DNA from: a virus
Virus record (IMG/VR): IMGVR_UViG_3300042114_000045
Coordinates: 58,780 to 122,779 of that record
DNA: 64,000 nt
Strand: one strand, 5' to 3'
The position numbers and the translations under genes are program-made. Positions within the stretch are counted from its first letter, which is position 1. Every line of letters starts with the position of its first letter. The notes under the pieces are model-generated. The model saw nothing but the letters and a program-made list of their open reading frames with translations. It searched no databases and was not told the DNA's origin. Below are positions 41,915 through 52,343 of this stretch, piece after piece.

Positions 41915-43345
41915 ATGATATCATACACAGACGAACAAGAAGCTATAATAGATTTAGCACAAAACCCACAAGTACATCTAATTAAGGTATCTTCAGTTGC
42001 AGGATCAGGAAAAACGCATACACTAAAAGGAGTAGCAAGAGCACTAAACTCAACTAACGCACTATACACTGCCTTTAATGCAGCTGTAATAGATGAAGGT
42101 AGACTTACATTTCCTAAAAATGTAACCTGCAAAACATTAGATGCAATAGCATATCAATATGTAGTTAGACCTCATAAATATAAAATAGAAAATTTTACTA
42201 TTGATAGTATTAAAGAAAAATTACAACCACATGTAAAAAGACAAATTATTAAAGCGATGGAAGATTTTTTCAAATCAGCTTCATTAGACTTAATGTCTAT
42301 TACAGCTACTATTGAGAAAAAATATGCTACAATTGCAATAGCATATATTGAAAAGATGGTAGAAGGAGAAGTTCCAGTAACATTCGATTTCTGCAAGAAA
42401 TACCTATACCTACAAATGGTAGAAGGCAACGTAGTTATAGACGAATATGATTTAGTAATGCTTGATGAAGCAGGAGATATTTCAGAAGTTACAATAGAAA
42501 TATTTAAACGAATCATAGCTAACAAAAAGATAATGGTTGGTGATCCACATCAAAACATCTACAGTTTCCTCAATACAGTTAATGGATTTGAAGTGCTAAA
42601 AAACGAAGGTGTAGAACTAGCATTATCACAATCGTTCAGAGTTTCAGAACAAATAGCTGTAAATATAGAACGTTTTTGTAGAAGACACTTAAATCCTAAT
42701 ATGCATTTCCGTGGTATTCACATAGAAGATAAAACGATTAAATCAAGAGCATTTATATCCCGTACAAACTCAACTATGATATCAAGAATGATGGATCTAC
42801 ACGGTGAAAACATAAATTATACACTCCTTAGAACTCCAAAAGAAATATTCAAATTACCGTTAGCCCTTATATCAATATCAGGAAATAAACCTGTAGATAA
42901 AGAATTCGCATATCTACAAACAGACAAAAATAATTATTTAAAAAGTAACTTATTTGACGAAGCCGGTAAAAGAATGACATTCCATAGATATCTTAGAGAA
43001 TTACACAGCGATGACGTAAACTTAGTATCAGCATTACGACTTTTAGAAACACACTCATACGGAGAAATATTTGATTGTTACAAAAAAGCTCATGAGCAAC
43101 CAAAGAAAAGACAAACCATTGTAGTAACTACGGCTCATGTCTGCAAAGGTCAAACTTACGACTCAGTATTTATTGAAGATGACCTAAATAAAAGTGTAAC
43201 AAAAGCTATAAAAAGTAATAAAGGAACTGAAGAAGAACTTACTGAATTAAACCTATATTACGTAGCTGTATCACGAGCTAGGGTAGAATTGACAAATGCA
43301 ACAGTATTAGACTACGAAGAAAAACCAGAAAAAAAGAATAAATAA
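41915..43345 (+). CDS. SF1 UvrD/Rep-like DNA helicase
   Basis: AGSGKT, LDEAGD, VGDPHQNIY, LSQSFR, TAHVCKG, YVAVSRA. Confidence 0.9.
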   Translation: MISYTDEQEAIIDLAQNPQVHLIKVSSVAGSGKTHTLKGVARALNSTNALYTAFNAAVIDEGRLTFPKNVTCKTLDAIAYQYVVRPHKYKIENFTIDSIKEKLQPHVKRQIIKAMEDFFKSASLDLMSITATIEKKYATIAIAYIEKMVEGEVPVTFDFCKKYLYLQMVEGNVVIDEYDLVMLDEAGDISEVTIEIFKRIIANKKIMVGDPHQNIYSFLNTVNGFEVLKNEGVELALSQSFRVSEQIAVNIERFCRRHLNPNMHFRGIHIEDKTIKSRAFISRTNSTMISRMMDLHGENINYTLLRTPKEIFKLPLALISISGNKPVDKEFAYLQTDKNNYLKSNLFDEAGKRMTFHRYLRELHSDDVNLVSALRLLETHSYGEIFDCYKKAHEQPKKRQTIVVTTAHVCKGQTYDSVFIEDDLNKSVTKAIKSNKGTEEELTELNLYYVAVSRARVELTNATVLDYEEKPEKKNK

Positions 43346-43357
43346 ACGGAGAGAAAA

Positions 43358-45679
43358 ATGAATGATAAATTAATGTTCAAAGAAGAACTAGATAAGAATA
43401 ATGTATTTTCAGGCAAGTTACCAGAAATACTAATACAATTAGCAGGTTCAATAAACAACTACAGAATTCCTTATAGAATGAAATTAGCAATAGCTGTATC
43501 AGAATTTATACTATTCTTTTCTCAATTTCAAAAAAAGATTAAATTATACGACGGAGCTTTAATACCTATCAACAGTATCACATTCTGTATAGCAGGATCT
43601 GGAGCTGGTAAAGATAGCTCAAAAGATGCTGTAAGAACTTGTTTTGGTGAAGCCTACCAAGTTATTAATGAAACTAGAAAAACAAATGCTAAAAATATAG
43701 CAATTGAAGCCGCTAGAAAAGAAGGAAAAGATAATCCAACAGAATTTGATGTATGGAAAGAGTACTACTCTCATCCATCTTCACTATTCTCAGCACCAAA
43801 CTCAACACTCGAAGGACTAACATCAGATTTCAATCGTCTTGAAGATGAAGGTTTAGGAGCTGGTTTCGTATACTCAGGAGAAATCGGAGACGAATTTGGT
43901 AATGGTATTGACTTACTAATGCAATTTATGGCAGAAGTATACGATAAAGGTTCAAAAGAAGTTAAAGCCTTAAAGGGTAAAGAATCTCAATTAAAACCAT
44001 TATACAATTTCCCTGTATCAGCATTATTTATGGGATCACAAGCAGGAATTTTATTTGAACAAGATATAAAACATAAGTTTAGAAAAGCGTTTAACTCAAA
44101 ATTAGCTCGTAGATCATACTTTATGTATGCACCTGACGAGGAAAAAAGACCAGATTTTGGCGGAAATATAGCAAAATTTGATAAATGGACAGCTCAATGT
44201 AAATCTGATGCGTATGATAACCGTACTAAAGCAATAGCTTCTATTAACACAATAGTACCAGCATTGATAAATGGCTCTACAGAACCATTAACGTTAGCAC
44301 CAGAAGTTCAAAAAATTTATGATCGCTACACAGCGTACAACGAAGAAGTGGCAGAATCAGAGATTGAACATCAATACCCAATATCAAAACTTGTCAGAAA
44401 ACACTTACAATGGAAAGCATTAAAATTCGCTGGTGCAATAGCAATGTTTCACGGTAGAGACATAATTTCAATATCAGATTACGTATCAGCTGTAACTTAC
44501 TGTGAACAACTAAATAGAGATATGGAGTTATTTGAAGCAGAATTGGCAAAACAGCCTCACGAAGTATTTGCAGACTACATGAACGTAAACTGTGGAACAG
44601 ATGGTAAAAGTCATATGTCATTCCATACTATCAAAAAACTTGGTTATATATCTTCAACTGGAACTACTGAAGCAAGAGTACACGAACTGGTAAAACTAGC
44701 TGCATCATATGACAAAACTGGTATTTATACAGTATGTGATGAAGGTGTATGTTTTGAACGGCAACAACTTACTGATATTATTAACATATCGTATCTACCA
44801 ATTGATAACACCGAGTTATTCAAAGCATTAGCAAGAAATGCATCAAAAGATGAGCTAGACGATATAAAACGAAGAATAGCAAATCAAACAACCTATGGTT
44901 ACGAACATTACGATACGACATTCGCTGAATTAGCAGATATGTTACAAGGTGATTTTGCCTATACTCCATTCAAACTGCGGGATTCTAATGATAAACTAGC
45001 TAAGTATGATAAAGAGAAGCATAAAAACGCCAAAGGCGGAGTAAGAGGTAAAGATAACATAGTTGGTGGATGTAAATGGGTAGTATTAGACGTAGATGAC
45101 TCAACGTTAACTGCAGAAGAAGTAGACTTTATGCTGTCAGATATAAATCACCATATATCTTTAACTTCAAATGGTGCAAACCACAAGAAATTTAGGATAC
45201 TGCTTGAATTAGATTCGATAGTAGATATTCCAGATATACAATGGAAGCATTTCATTGGGTTAATAAGTGAGCATATTGCAATCAAAGCAGATCCACTACC
45301 AAAAGCTCAGATATTCTTCAGCTATGCTGATAGACAAATCTGGTCAATGGTAGACGCAGAACCATTACCAGCTAAAAACTTTATAATTGACTCAGCTGAA
45401 CTCGTAGCTAAAAAAGAACGAGTTAAAAAAGAAATTAACCCAGCTCAGAAAAAAGCTGCATTAAATGATCCATTAACTACGTTTCACTATGCTTACGAAG
45501 CAGCAGATGGGGAAGGTAGTAGATCACTAATCAGAGCAGCGTTACACGCTAAAGATTTAGGTGCAGACCAAGAAACAGTTACTCAACTTATGCATGACAT
45601 AAATGACTACTGGGCATATTCAATGCCTGAAGAAAGATTTGGGCGCACGATATTAACATATGTAGAACGTCTATTTTAA
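43358..45679 (+). CDS. Primase/helicase-type replication protein (P-loop NTPase plus AEP-like region)
   Basis: GSGAGKDS Walker A; VLDVDD and HHISLTS...KFRI primase-like motifs in the C-terminal half. Confidence 0.65.
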   Translation: MNDKLMFKEELDKNNVFSGKLPEILIQLAGSINNYRIPYRMKLAIAVSEFILFFSQFQKKIKLYDGALIPINSITFCIAGSGAGKDSSKDAVRTCFGEAYQVINETRKTNAKNIAIEAARKEGKDNPTEFDVWKEYYSHPSSLFSAPNSTLEGLTSDFNRLEDEGLGAGFVYSGEIGDEFGNGIDLLMQFMAEVYDKGSKEVKALKGKESQLKPLYNFPVSALFMGSQAGILFEQDIKHKFRKAFNSKLARRSYFMYAPDEEKRPDFGGNIAKFDKWTAQCKSDAYDNRTKAIASINTIVPALINGSTEPLTLAPEVQKIYDRYTAYNEEVAESEIEHQYPISKLVRKHLQWKALKFAGAIAMFHGRDIISISDYVSAVTYCEQLNRDMELFEAELAKQPHEVFADYMNVNCGTDGKSHMSFHTIKKLGYISSTGTTEARVHELVKLAASYDKTGIYTVCDEGVCFERQQLTDIINISYLPIDNTELFKALARNASKDELDDIKRRIANQTTYGYEHYDTTFAELADMLQGDFAYTPFKLRDSNDKLAKYDKEKHKNAKGGVRGKDNIVGGCKWVVLDVDDSTLTAEEVDFMLSDINHHISLTSNGANHKKFRILLELDSIVDIPDIQWKHFIGLISEHIAIKADPLPKAQIFFSYADRQIWSMVDAEPLPAKNFIIDSAELVAKKERVKKEINPAQKKAALNDPLTTFHYAYEAADGEGSRSLIRAALHAKDLGADQETVTQLMHDINDYWAYSMPEERFGRTILTYVERLF

Positions 45680-46122
45680 AGGATTAAGAAAATGACAAAA
45701 GAACAAGAAGACTTAATAGATTTATTGTACGATAATATAAAATCAGTTGATAAAATATACGAAAGTGACAGTAATGGTCCAGACTATGTAAATTGCCCTA
45801 TGTGTGGTGCGTTTGAAAAAGTTAAGATAAGAAATGGTGGTACCAAAGATGTAGCAACTATGGGAACATTGAATCACGATGATACTTGTCCATATATATT
45901 AATAAGTAAATTAAAACAAACAAAGGAATAACATGTTAAACGATATGGAAAACAATGAATGTTACGAAAAACACGTAGATGTAATAGAAGAACAGGCTTA
46001 TGTAGCTTATAAAGAAGTACAAAATGCGTTAAATGTATTAACAACAAAAGAAAATATATTTCTGTTAGACGCAGAACAATTACTTGATTTGTTTGACGTA
46101 GTTAATCACGCAATTAAGTACA

Positions 46123-46584
46123 GTGGAGAGTAGTATGAAACTTTTTGCAGCAATAGATCCAGGAGCTAATGGAGCTCTATGTATCATATCAGAAGAAGGT
46201 GTAGCAGAATTCTATGACTTCGCTAAAGTAGGTCTAATAGGCTATGCCAAAGCACTCAAATCTATTGATATACCATTAACTATGGTAGCAGTAGAAGCAG
46301 TAAGCGCAATGCCTGGTCAAGGAGTTTCTTCGATGTTCAGTTTTGGTCAACGACTAGGAGAACTAGAAGGTATGCTCATAACCTTAGAAATAGGCTATGA
46401 AAAAGTAAGACCACAAAAATGGCAAAAACTATGTGCAGTACCTCCAAAATCTGGTAAAAAAGGTATTTCCGAAACTATGACTAAACTTTACCCAAAACTT
46501 CCTCTAGCAGGACCAAAAGGTGGAATAATGGACGGTAGATGTGATGCTCTAGGTCTAGCACATTATCTGCGTAAAACGTACTAG
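46123..46584 (+). CDS. RuvC-like Holliday junction resolvase
   Basis: AIDPGANG, VEAV..MPGQGVSSMFSFG, VRPQKWQK, DGRCDALGLA. Confidence 0.88.
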   Translation: MESSMKLFAAIDPGANGALCIISEEGVAEFYDFAKVGLIGYAKALKSIDIPLTMVAVEAVSAMPGQGVSSMFSFGQRLGELEGMLITLEIGYEKVRPQKWQKLCAVPPKSGKKGISETMTKLYPKLPLAGPKGGIMDGRCDALGLAHYLRKTY

Positions 46585-46592
46585 GAGTTACA

Positions 46593-47258
46593 ATGGAATT
46601 TGAAATAGTAAAAAGTATAAACCATACGTATTCCTCAAGTCTAGAAACTATTTTAGAAACTTTAAATAATTTACCTGACTTAATAGCATGCGACTTTGAA
46701 GCAGCTTCTCGTTGGACGGACACAGAAAAACAAACGATGAAAGATTTTCTTAAAGAAGAAAAACTAAATCCAACTACTGACCATGAAGAAATAAGATTGA
46801 TAAACCAATATATTGAATCTACAGGATTATCACACCCAACACTTACCTATATAACACATTTTTCGGTAGCTTGGTCAGAAGTAGACTCATTTGTAGCAAT
46901 TCTTGATACAGAGGAAAAACGTAAAGCTGTATGCAACTGGCTAGTTAATACAGATCGTAAACAGATATGGCATAACTTATCATTCGACGGTAAACTAATT
47001 AACTACCATACAGGGAAGTTACCACGGAACTACGAGGATACAGAAATTTTAACTAGATGTCTACTTAACCGCGTTAAAACTGATGAAGCTAAATCCTCAT
47101 TAAAACACCTAATGGGGTACAGATACGGAGATTGGGCAGTTACAAAAGATAACTTTAACTTAGCAAATCTATATGATGAACAACTAATAGAATACGCAGC
47201 TATTGACTCTTGTGCAACCTACGCTTTATACAATGAAATATTAGGGTACTTAAAATAG
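46593..47258 (+). CDS. 3'-5' exonuclease half of a split family A DNA polymerase
   Basis: ExoI CDFE, ExoII HNLSFD, ExoIII YAAIDS. Confidence 0.85.
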   Translation: MEFEIVKSINHTYSSSLETILETLNNLPDLIACDFEAASRWTDTEKQTMKDFLKEEKLNPTTDHEEIRLINQYIESTGLSHPTLTYITHFSVAWSEVDSFVAILDTEEKRKAVCNWLVNTDRKQIWHNLSFDGKLINYHTGKLPRNYEDTEILTRCLLNRVKTDEAKSSLKHLMGYRYGDWAVTKDNFNLANLYDEQLIEYAAIDSCATYALYNEILGYLK

Positions 47259-47484
47259 TTAGATTATATAAGCAATATACCTATTTATATAGAACATATA
47301 ACTCATAAACTAAGATAAGAGAATGTATCATCTCCGTTGTGTATCTTAGTTAAAGATGAGTTCAACAATCGCTCCAGCAGAGCTTACGCATTGTTGAACT
47401 CATCTGGACTCCAGTATACCTGCGGGCCCTGCCACGGTGGACTGGTTTCAGGTATATAGATAGTATATTGTTTATATAACCTAA
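47259..47484 (+). ncRNA. Orphan msr/msd-like unit 6 inside the split polymerase locus
   Basis: ~32-bp IR 47259-47291/47453-47484; G47292; actaagata/tatcttagt stem enclosing agaatgtatcatctccg; hairpin agatgagttcaacaat/attgttgaactcatct. Confidence 0.82.
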
Positions 47485-47571
47485 TTAAATAACAGCATAC
47501 TGGTAATTAACCTTAAAAACAACTCATAATTAACCTTATTGCGTAAATAAGTGTAATTGAAAGGAACGAAC

Positions 47572-47691
47572 ATGGAAACAGATATAAACATACCCGATTG
47601 GGTAGTTGCAGTAATTGCTGGTTTTGGAACTGTACAAGTACTGGCATTAACGTACTTCGGTATATGGATGACTTGGACATGGAAGAAATAA
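47572..47691 (+). CDS. 39-aa single-pass membrane peptide not in the ORF track
   Basis: aagga SD; METDINIPDWVVAVIAGFGTVQVLALTYFGIWMTWTWKK*. Confidence 0.5.
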   Translation: METDINIPDWVVAVIAGFGTVQVLALTYFGIWMTWTWKK

Positions 47692-49538
47692 AATCACCAC
47701 ATGACCTACTACCATTAAAACCACCAAGTGAAGAAGAATTCAAATCAGATAAAGGGTTTTTCTATAGAAACGTAGCTAAGCCTTTAATTGCTGACACAAT
47801 CCGTATTATGGCAAACGGTCTACCTATAGACTTAAAGCGTGTACAAGAACTAGAGAAAAAACTAGATGAACTACTAGAACAAGTACATATAACAATAGCA
47901 AATAATGCTTGTATAAAAGACTTTCAAGATTACAAATACCCAATAATAGCGGCTGAGGTTAAATCAGAGATACAATCAAAAATGAAACCGCCTGCTCATT
48001 GGCAGAGAGACTTCAAATGTGATGACCCGATTCACCGTAGCTACTATATGCATTTATACGCAAAAGATAAAGCAGATATAATATATCCTATTAAACTACT
48101 TGCCACTGGTATAGCACAATGGGATGCAAATTATGTCAAAAAGCTTGCAAAAATACATAAAGATTTAGAACCATTAGTAAACAAAACAGTACCGCAAAGT
48201 AATAAATTAGCTAGAGGTGCAATCAAACTATTTACTCAGCATAAATCTGCAATGTATAATAAATCGTATCTTGATCAAATCGCTCAAATAAAAAGAGAAA
48301 CTGTAATGCAACCATTTAATCCAGGTTCTGCTCCACAGAAATCAGAATTTTTTGAATGGTTAGGTATTGAACCGGTAGAATTCAGTAAAGATACTGGTAA
48401 CCCATCTTGGGGTAGAAAAGTTATAGAAGAGCTACTATCAACAGAACAAGATCCAGATATCAGAGAAATATATCAAGCTTTCATAGACTTCTCATTCGCA
48501 TCGATAGTTCGTAATAACTTCATAGAAGCGTTTTACAACTATACAGTAGATGGGAAATTATACGGCAATTACAGGCTATTAGGTGCAAAATCAGGTAGAT
48601 ACACCTCTAATAATCCTAATATGCTTAACAGTCCTTCAACAGGTTCGATCTATGCAAAACCTATTAAGAGATGTTTTACAGCACCACCAGGTTATCTGGT
48701 CTGGTCAATAGACTACGCTGCACTAGAAGATAGAGTAATTGCTTCTCTAACTGCAGATACTAATAAATGTGGGTTATTTCTACAAGACTTAGATGGACAC
48801 TCAATGGGTGCGGTAGCATACTTCCCAGATAAAGTAAAAGAAGAAATGGAATTAACAGGAGATATGCCGACAGATGCTAGAGAATTTAAACGACTAGTAG
48901 ACGAGGGCAATAAACCACTTAAAACATTAAGACAAAACGGAAAAGGTGTAACATTCGGCTTAAGCTACGGGGCTTATCCACCGAAAGTCGCAAAGGCGTT
49001 AAAGATACCAATAAATGAAGCAGAGGATATTTTTAATAACTATCACAATAAGTTATACCCTGGTATAACAAAATACAGAGAAGGATACGTACTTGAAACA
49101 GCTAAGAAAAATCATCGTGTACACTTGGGTATGGGTTTCTACATTAGTACTGACAATCCAAGGAAAGATATACGGACATTAAATAATGCTACTTGTCAAT
49201 TTTGGTCAATACTAACAGCATTATCCATAAATAAACTACATACTTTAATTGATGAAAATCTTATATACACTAGTGACATACAAGTTACTTCTACGATATA
49301 CGACTCAATCTACGGGATAGTTTATAACGACCCAGAAATAATTGCTTGGTTAAATCATAACATAGTAAATATAATGGAGACAGATTTTATGACAGATCAA
49401 ATAGTTAAGAATGAAGCTCAGTTAGAGCTTGGAAACGATTGGTCTGATCTACACCCTCTTCCGAAAGATGCGTCAGAAGAGGTAGTTAAGAGCATCATTA
49501 AGGAAATTAAAAATGGTAAAAGAAAAGAAACTACCTGA
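47679..49538 (+). CDS. polA: Family A DNA polymerase, polymerase half
   Basis: SGRYTSNNPNM, DYAALEDR (motif A), RQNGKGVTFGLSYG (motif B), TIYDS (motif C); start probably 47664 or 47679. Confidence 0.92.
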   Translation: MEEIKSPHDLLPLKPPSEEEFKSDKGFFYRNVAKPLIADTIRIMANGLPIDLKRVQELEKKLDELLEQVHITIANNACIKDFQDYKYPIIAAEVKSEIQSKMKPPAHWQRDFKCDDPIHRSYYMHLYAKDKADIIYPIKLLATGIAQWDANYVKKLAKIHKDLEPLVNKTVPQSNKLARGAIKLFTQHKSAMYNKSYLDQIAQIKRETVMQPFNPGSAPQKSEFFEWLGIEPVEFSKDTGNPSWGRKVIEELLSTEQDPDIREIYQAFIDFSFASIVRNNFIEAFYNYTVDGKLYGNYRLLGAKSGRYTSNNPNMLNSPSTGSIYAKPIKRCFTAPPGYLVWSIDYAALEDRVIASLTADTNKCGLFLQDLDGHSMGAVAYFPDKVKEEMELTGDMPTDAREFKRLVDEGNKPLKTLRQNGKGVTFGLSYGAYPPKVAKALKIPINEAEDIFNNYHNKLYPGITKYREGYVLETAKKNHRVHLGMGFYISTDNPRKDIRTLNNATCQFWSILTALSINKLHTLIDENLIYTSDIQVTSTIYDSIYGIVYNDPEIIAWLNHNIVNIMETDFMTDQIVKNEAQLELGNDWSDLHPLPKDASEEVVKSIIKEIKNGKRKETT

Positions 49539-50286
49539 ACCACATCCGTTTGATTATACAAATGTACCACTACCAGAGGATTGTTTTTTTAAAATATCTC
49601 CATCATCAATAAGTAAATTTTTTGATTTTCCAGTAATTTGGTATAAAGAACAAATACTAGGTGATAGACAGTTTACAGGAAGTACGGCAACTGTACTAGG
49701 ATCGATTATACACGGATTAGCAGAGTTCTACGCAAAAGGATTGCCTACGGATAGGGATTTAGTAGAAAAGTACCTACGTCAGCATATGATGAATCCAGAA
49801 GTAAACTGTAAAGAAATTAGAGACTTATATCCTGATATGGCAAAATTGTTAATAAACGATTATATAAAACATAACAAACCTACGGAAGTAGAGGTATCAA
49901 TAGTAACTCAAATTGAACCAGGAATTTACTTGGGTGGTACTTGTGATAACCTTACTGGAACTACAGTCGTAGACTACAAAAATGTATCACAGAAACCAGC
50001 AGGAGACACAATACCTTGGGGATATTACATTCAGATGATGGCATACGCCTATCTATATAGAAAAGAGAAAAAAGTAAATGTAGACAGAATACGTCTAGTA
50101 TATACGATAAGACCTACGAAAACGATAGGACCTCGTCTCCATATAGTAAACAGAACAATTGACGAAACAGACTATAAAGCTTTTGAAGATGTGTTAACAA
50201 TTATGTGTGACACAGTAAAACTATCAAGACTAAAACCTGAATTCAACCACATACTATTCAAATCAATGCAATTAAAGGATAAATAA
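49513..50286 (+). CDS. PD-(D/E)XK exonuclease (Cas4/RecB-like)
   Basis: ISPSS, GSIIH, GTCD...VDYK, QMMAY. Confidence 0.8.
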   Translation: MVKEKKLPEPHPFDYTNVPLPEDCFFKISPSSISKFFDFPVIWYKEQILGDRQFTGSTATVLGSIIHGLAEFYAKGLPTDRDLVEKYLRQHMMNPEVNCKEIRDLYPDMAKLLINDYIKHNKPTEVEVSIVTQIEPGIYLGGTCDNLTGTTVVDYKNVSQKPAGDTIPWGYYIQMMAYAYLYRKEKKVNVDRIRLVYTIRPTKTIGPRLHIVNRTIDETDYKAFEDVLTIMCDTVKLSRLKPEFNHILFKSMQLKDK

Positions 50287-50960
50287 TGGCAAAACACGGA
50301 ATTAAATACGGAATCGTAGCTATGGAGAAAAGTGGTAAAACTACTTTAATAAGTAAGTTAGAAGATGCACTAGTCGTGTCAACAGATAACAAAGCTTTTA
50401 AAGGAAAAATACCACACTTTAGATACTCACATTATGAAGGATTAGACCACTTCATCAACACAGTAGGTGCTAAATTAGAAGCTTACGAAGCTAAATACGG
50501 TAAATTACCAGGAACACTAGTAATCGACTCTGTAACTCACTTAGCAAACAATATGGAGAAATACGCAAACGATAAGTTTACAGGTTTCACAATATTTTCA
50601 AATCTCGGTAAAGATGTAATGGGACTAAATGCTTTCTTAGAAGATGCAATCATCCCAGAAGGAATAAATGTTATATTCACATCTCACTGCCAATGGGACG
50701 TAGATTCAAACTCATTTAAAATAGCTGCACCAGGAAACTTCGGTAAAAACGGTAGTTGGTTATCAGTAACAGATGAAGCTTCATTTATTGAACTAAAAGG
50801 TAACAAAAGAATCATCCACCACAGCACAATGAAGTTCCCTTGTAGAACACTTCACGCTACGGAAATTCCAGAGTCTCAAGATCTAGAAGAATTTGACATC
50901 AATAAACATATCGCTATGCTTTCTAATTCATTAGAAGAAGCAGAAGAGTGGACGATATAA
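50286..50960 (+). CDS. AAA-family ATPase (Sak4-like annealing protein candidate)
   Basis: KSGKTT, LVIDS; lies between an exonuclease and an SSB-like gene. Confidence 0.7.
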   Translation: MAKHGIKYGIVAMEKSGKTTLISKLEDALVVSTDNKAFKGKIPHFRYSHYEGLDHFINTVGAKLEAYEAKYGKLPGTLVIDSVTHLANNMEKYANDKFTGFTIFSNLGKDVMGLNAFLEDAIIPEGINVIFTSHCQWDVDSNSFKIAAPGNFGKNGSWLSVTDEASFIELKGNKRIIHHSTMKFPCRTLHATEIPESQDLEEFDINKHIAMLSNSLEEAEEWTI

Positions 50961-51180
50961 GTCGTGAAACATACTACTGATTATTTATATGATATTTCAC
51001 CATCAGAGTTAAGTAACTTATTGTACCCAGAAGCATTAAGCTACAAAGTACAAGCAGCAAGAACCTTGATAGGTAAACTCATAGAACCACATTATTCAGA
51101 ACGAGATGATGAACGACTTTCAGCAGTAATAAAAGCTGAAAAGTTTAATCTAAAACTACTAGAAGAGCTAAAATAGCTCT

Positions 51181-51272
51181 CTAGTACATTTGACTAAGTA
51201 CTGTCTTTTTAAAGACCATAATTTCTCCAATTTTATAAATATTATCGGACAGTACTTATTCAAGTGTACTAG
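51181..51272 (+). promoter_or_regulatory. Long imperfect inverted repeat upstream of the SSB-like gene
   Basis: ctagtacatttgactaagtactgtc (51181-51205) pairs with gacagtacttattcaagtgtactag (51248-51272). Confidence 0.55.
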
Positions 51273-51316
51273 CAACACACTGAAGAACTAAAAAACACAA
51301 AAAAGGAGACATACTC

Positions 51317-52003
51317 ATGTCAAAAGGATCATTCACACTAGGTATATCAGAAGCAGACTTAGAAAAAGTAGGCGGTAACGCTTCATTCATTGGAACTTCA
51401 GGAGTATATGATGTTACTATTCAAGCAGTAGTGGTAGACGAAAACGACAATGGAGCAATTTCATTAGGATTTCTTGTAGACTTAGGAAACGACAAACCAC
51501 AAATGCTTTACGGAGCATTACCACTATCGACATTCGATGGTAAAACACAATTAGATGGTAACCAAAAAACATTCGGAGCATTAGCAAAATTAGCTGGTCT
51601 ATCTGTTAAAGGGAAATTTAACCCAGTTGAAGCAGAATTACCAATCGGTAAAGCAGGTGCATTAAAAGAAGTTTTAATTTTAGAAGATTTTGAAGGTCTT
51701 GAAGTTAAAATGTGGGTAAAACAAGAGTTTTACAGAAAAGGTGATGGAACAATCGGAGATAAAAGAGTTATTATGAGATTCTACAGAGCAAGCGATGCTG
51801 CTGATGTTAGTGAACTCGATAAACCAGAAATCGTTGGTACAAGATTTGAAAAAGATTCAAAATACCATACAGATGTTAAATACGGTGAAGGTGTAACTCA
51901 AGAAGACGCAGAAGCGTACATCAAAGGTACAAAATCAACTGGTAAAACAGGAACTGCTACAGCAACTGTTGAAGTACCAAAAAGTAGATTTGCTAAAAAA
52001 TAG
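51317..52003 (+). CDS. Putative single-stranded DNA-binding protein
   Basis: Position after exonuclease and ATPase; SGVYDVTI N-terminal strand; strong SD. Confidence 0.5.
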   Translation: MSKGSFTLGISEADLEKVGGNASFIGTSGVYDVTIQAVVVDENDNGAISLGFLVDLGNDKPQMLYGALPLSTFDGKTQLDGNQKTFGALAKLAGLSVKGKFNPVEAELPIGKAGALKEVLILEDFEGLEVKMWVKQEFYRKGDGTIGDKRVIMRFYRASDAADVSELDKPEIVGTRFEKDSKYHTDVKYGEGVTQEDAEAYIKGTKSTGKTGTATATVEVPKSRFAKK

Positions 52004-52066
52004 CAAACTACTTCGGTAAATCTATAAAATAAACAAAACAAAACAAAACAAAACAAAAGGAAACAC

Positions 52067-52342
52067 ATGAAAAAAACAGACATAATCACAAGAATGATAG
52101 AACTAGACGACGTAGCTTCAGTAGCTTCAGCAACAAGAATTTATGATGCAATCGTAAATACAGTATTAGAAGGAATTGCAACTGACGGAGTAGTTCATTT
52201 AGGTAACAAACTAGGAACATTCAAAGTAGTAGATAGACAAGCAAGAACTTGTGTAAATCCACAAAAACCAGGTGAAAAAATTCAACTACCAGCTAGAAAA
52301 GTAGTTAGATTTAAAGTATCAAGCTCGTTAAAAGCGAACTAG
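52067..52342 (+). CDS. hup: HU/IHF-like DNA-binding protein
   Basis: LGTFKVVDRQARTCVNPQKPGEKIQLPARKVVRFK. Confidence 0.9.
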   Translation: MKKTDIITRMIELDDVASVASATRIYDAIVNTVLEGIATDGVVHLGNKLGTFKVVDRQARTCVNPQKPGEKIQLPARKVVRFKVSSSLKAN

Positions 52343-52343
52343 T

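Noticed and set aside
47259-47678. Group I intron in the DNA polymerase gene
   Set aside because: No group I core elements recognised. The exonuclease ORF has its own stop, and the insert matches the RT-array unit architecture. RT-PCR would settle it.
47598-47678. N-terminal extension of PolA given in the ORF track (MGSCSNCWFW...)
   Set aside because: It starts at TTG without an SD and overlaps a better-supported small membrane ORF in another frame; ATG at 47664 or 47679 is more plausible.
49513-50286. Cas4 as evidence of a CRISPR system
   Set aside because: It lies in a standard replication/recombination block with no other cas genes or array.
52031-52058. (AAAAC)n microsatellite before the HU gene, and the T14 run at 870-883, as phase-variation switches
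   Set aside because: Both are intergenic. The first is an A-rich leader before an SD and the second is a terminator tail; there is no evidence of length variation without reads.
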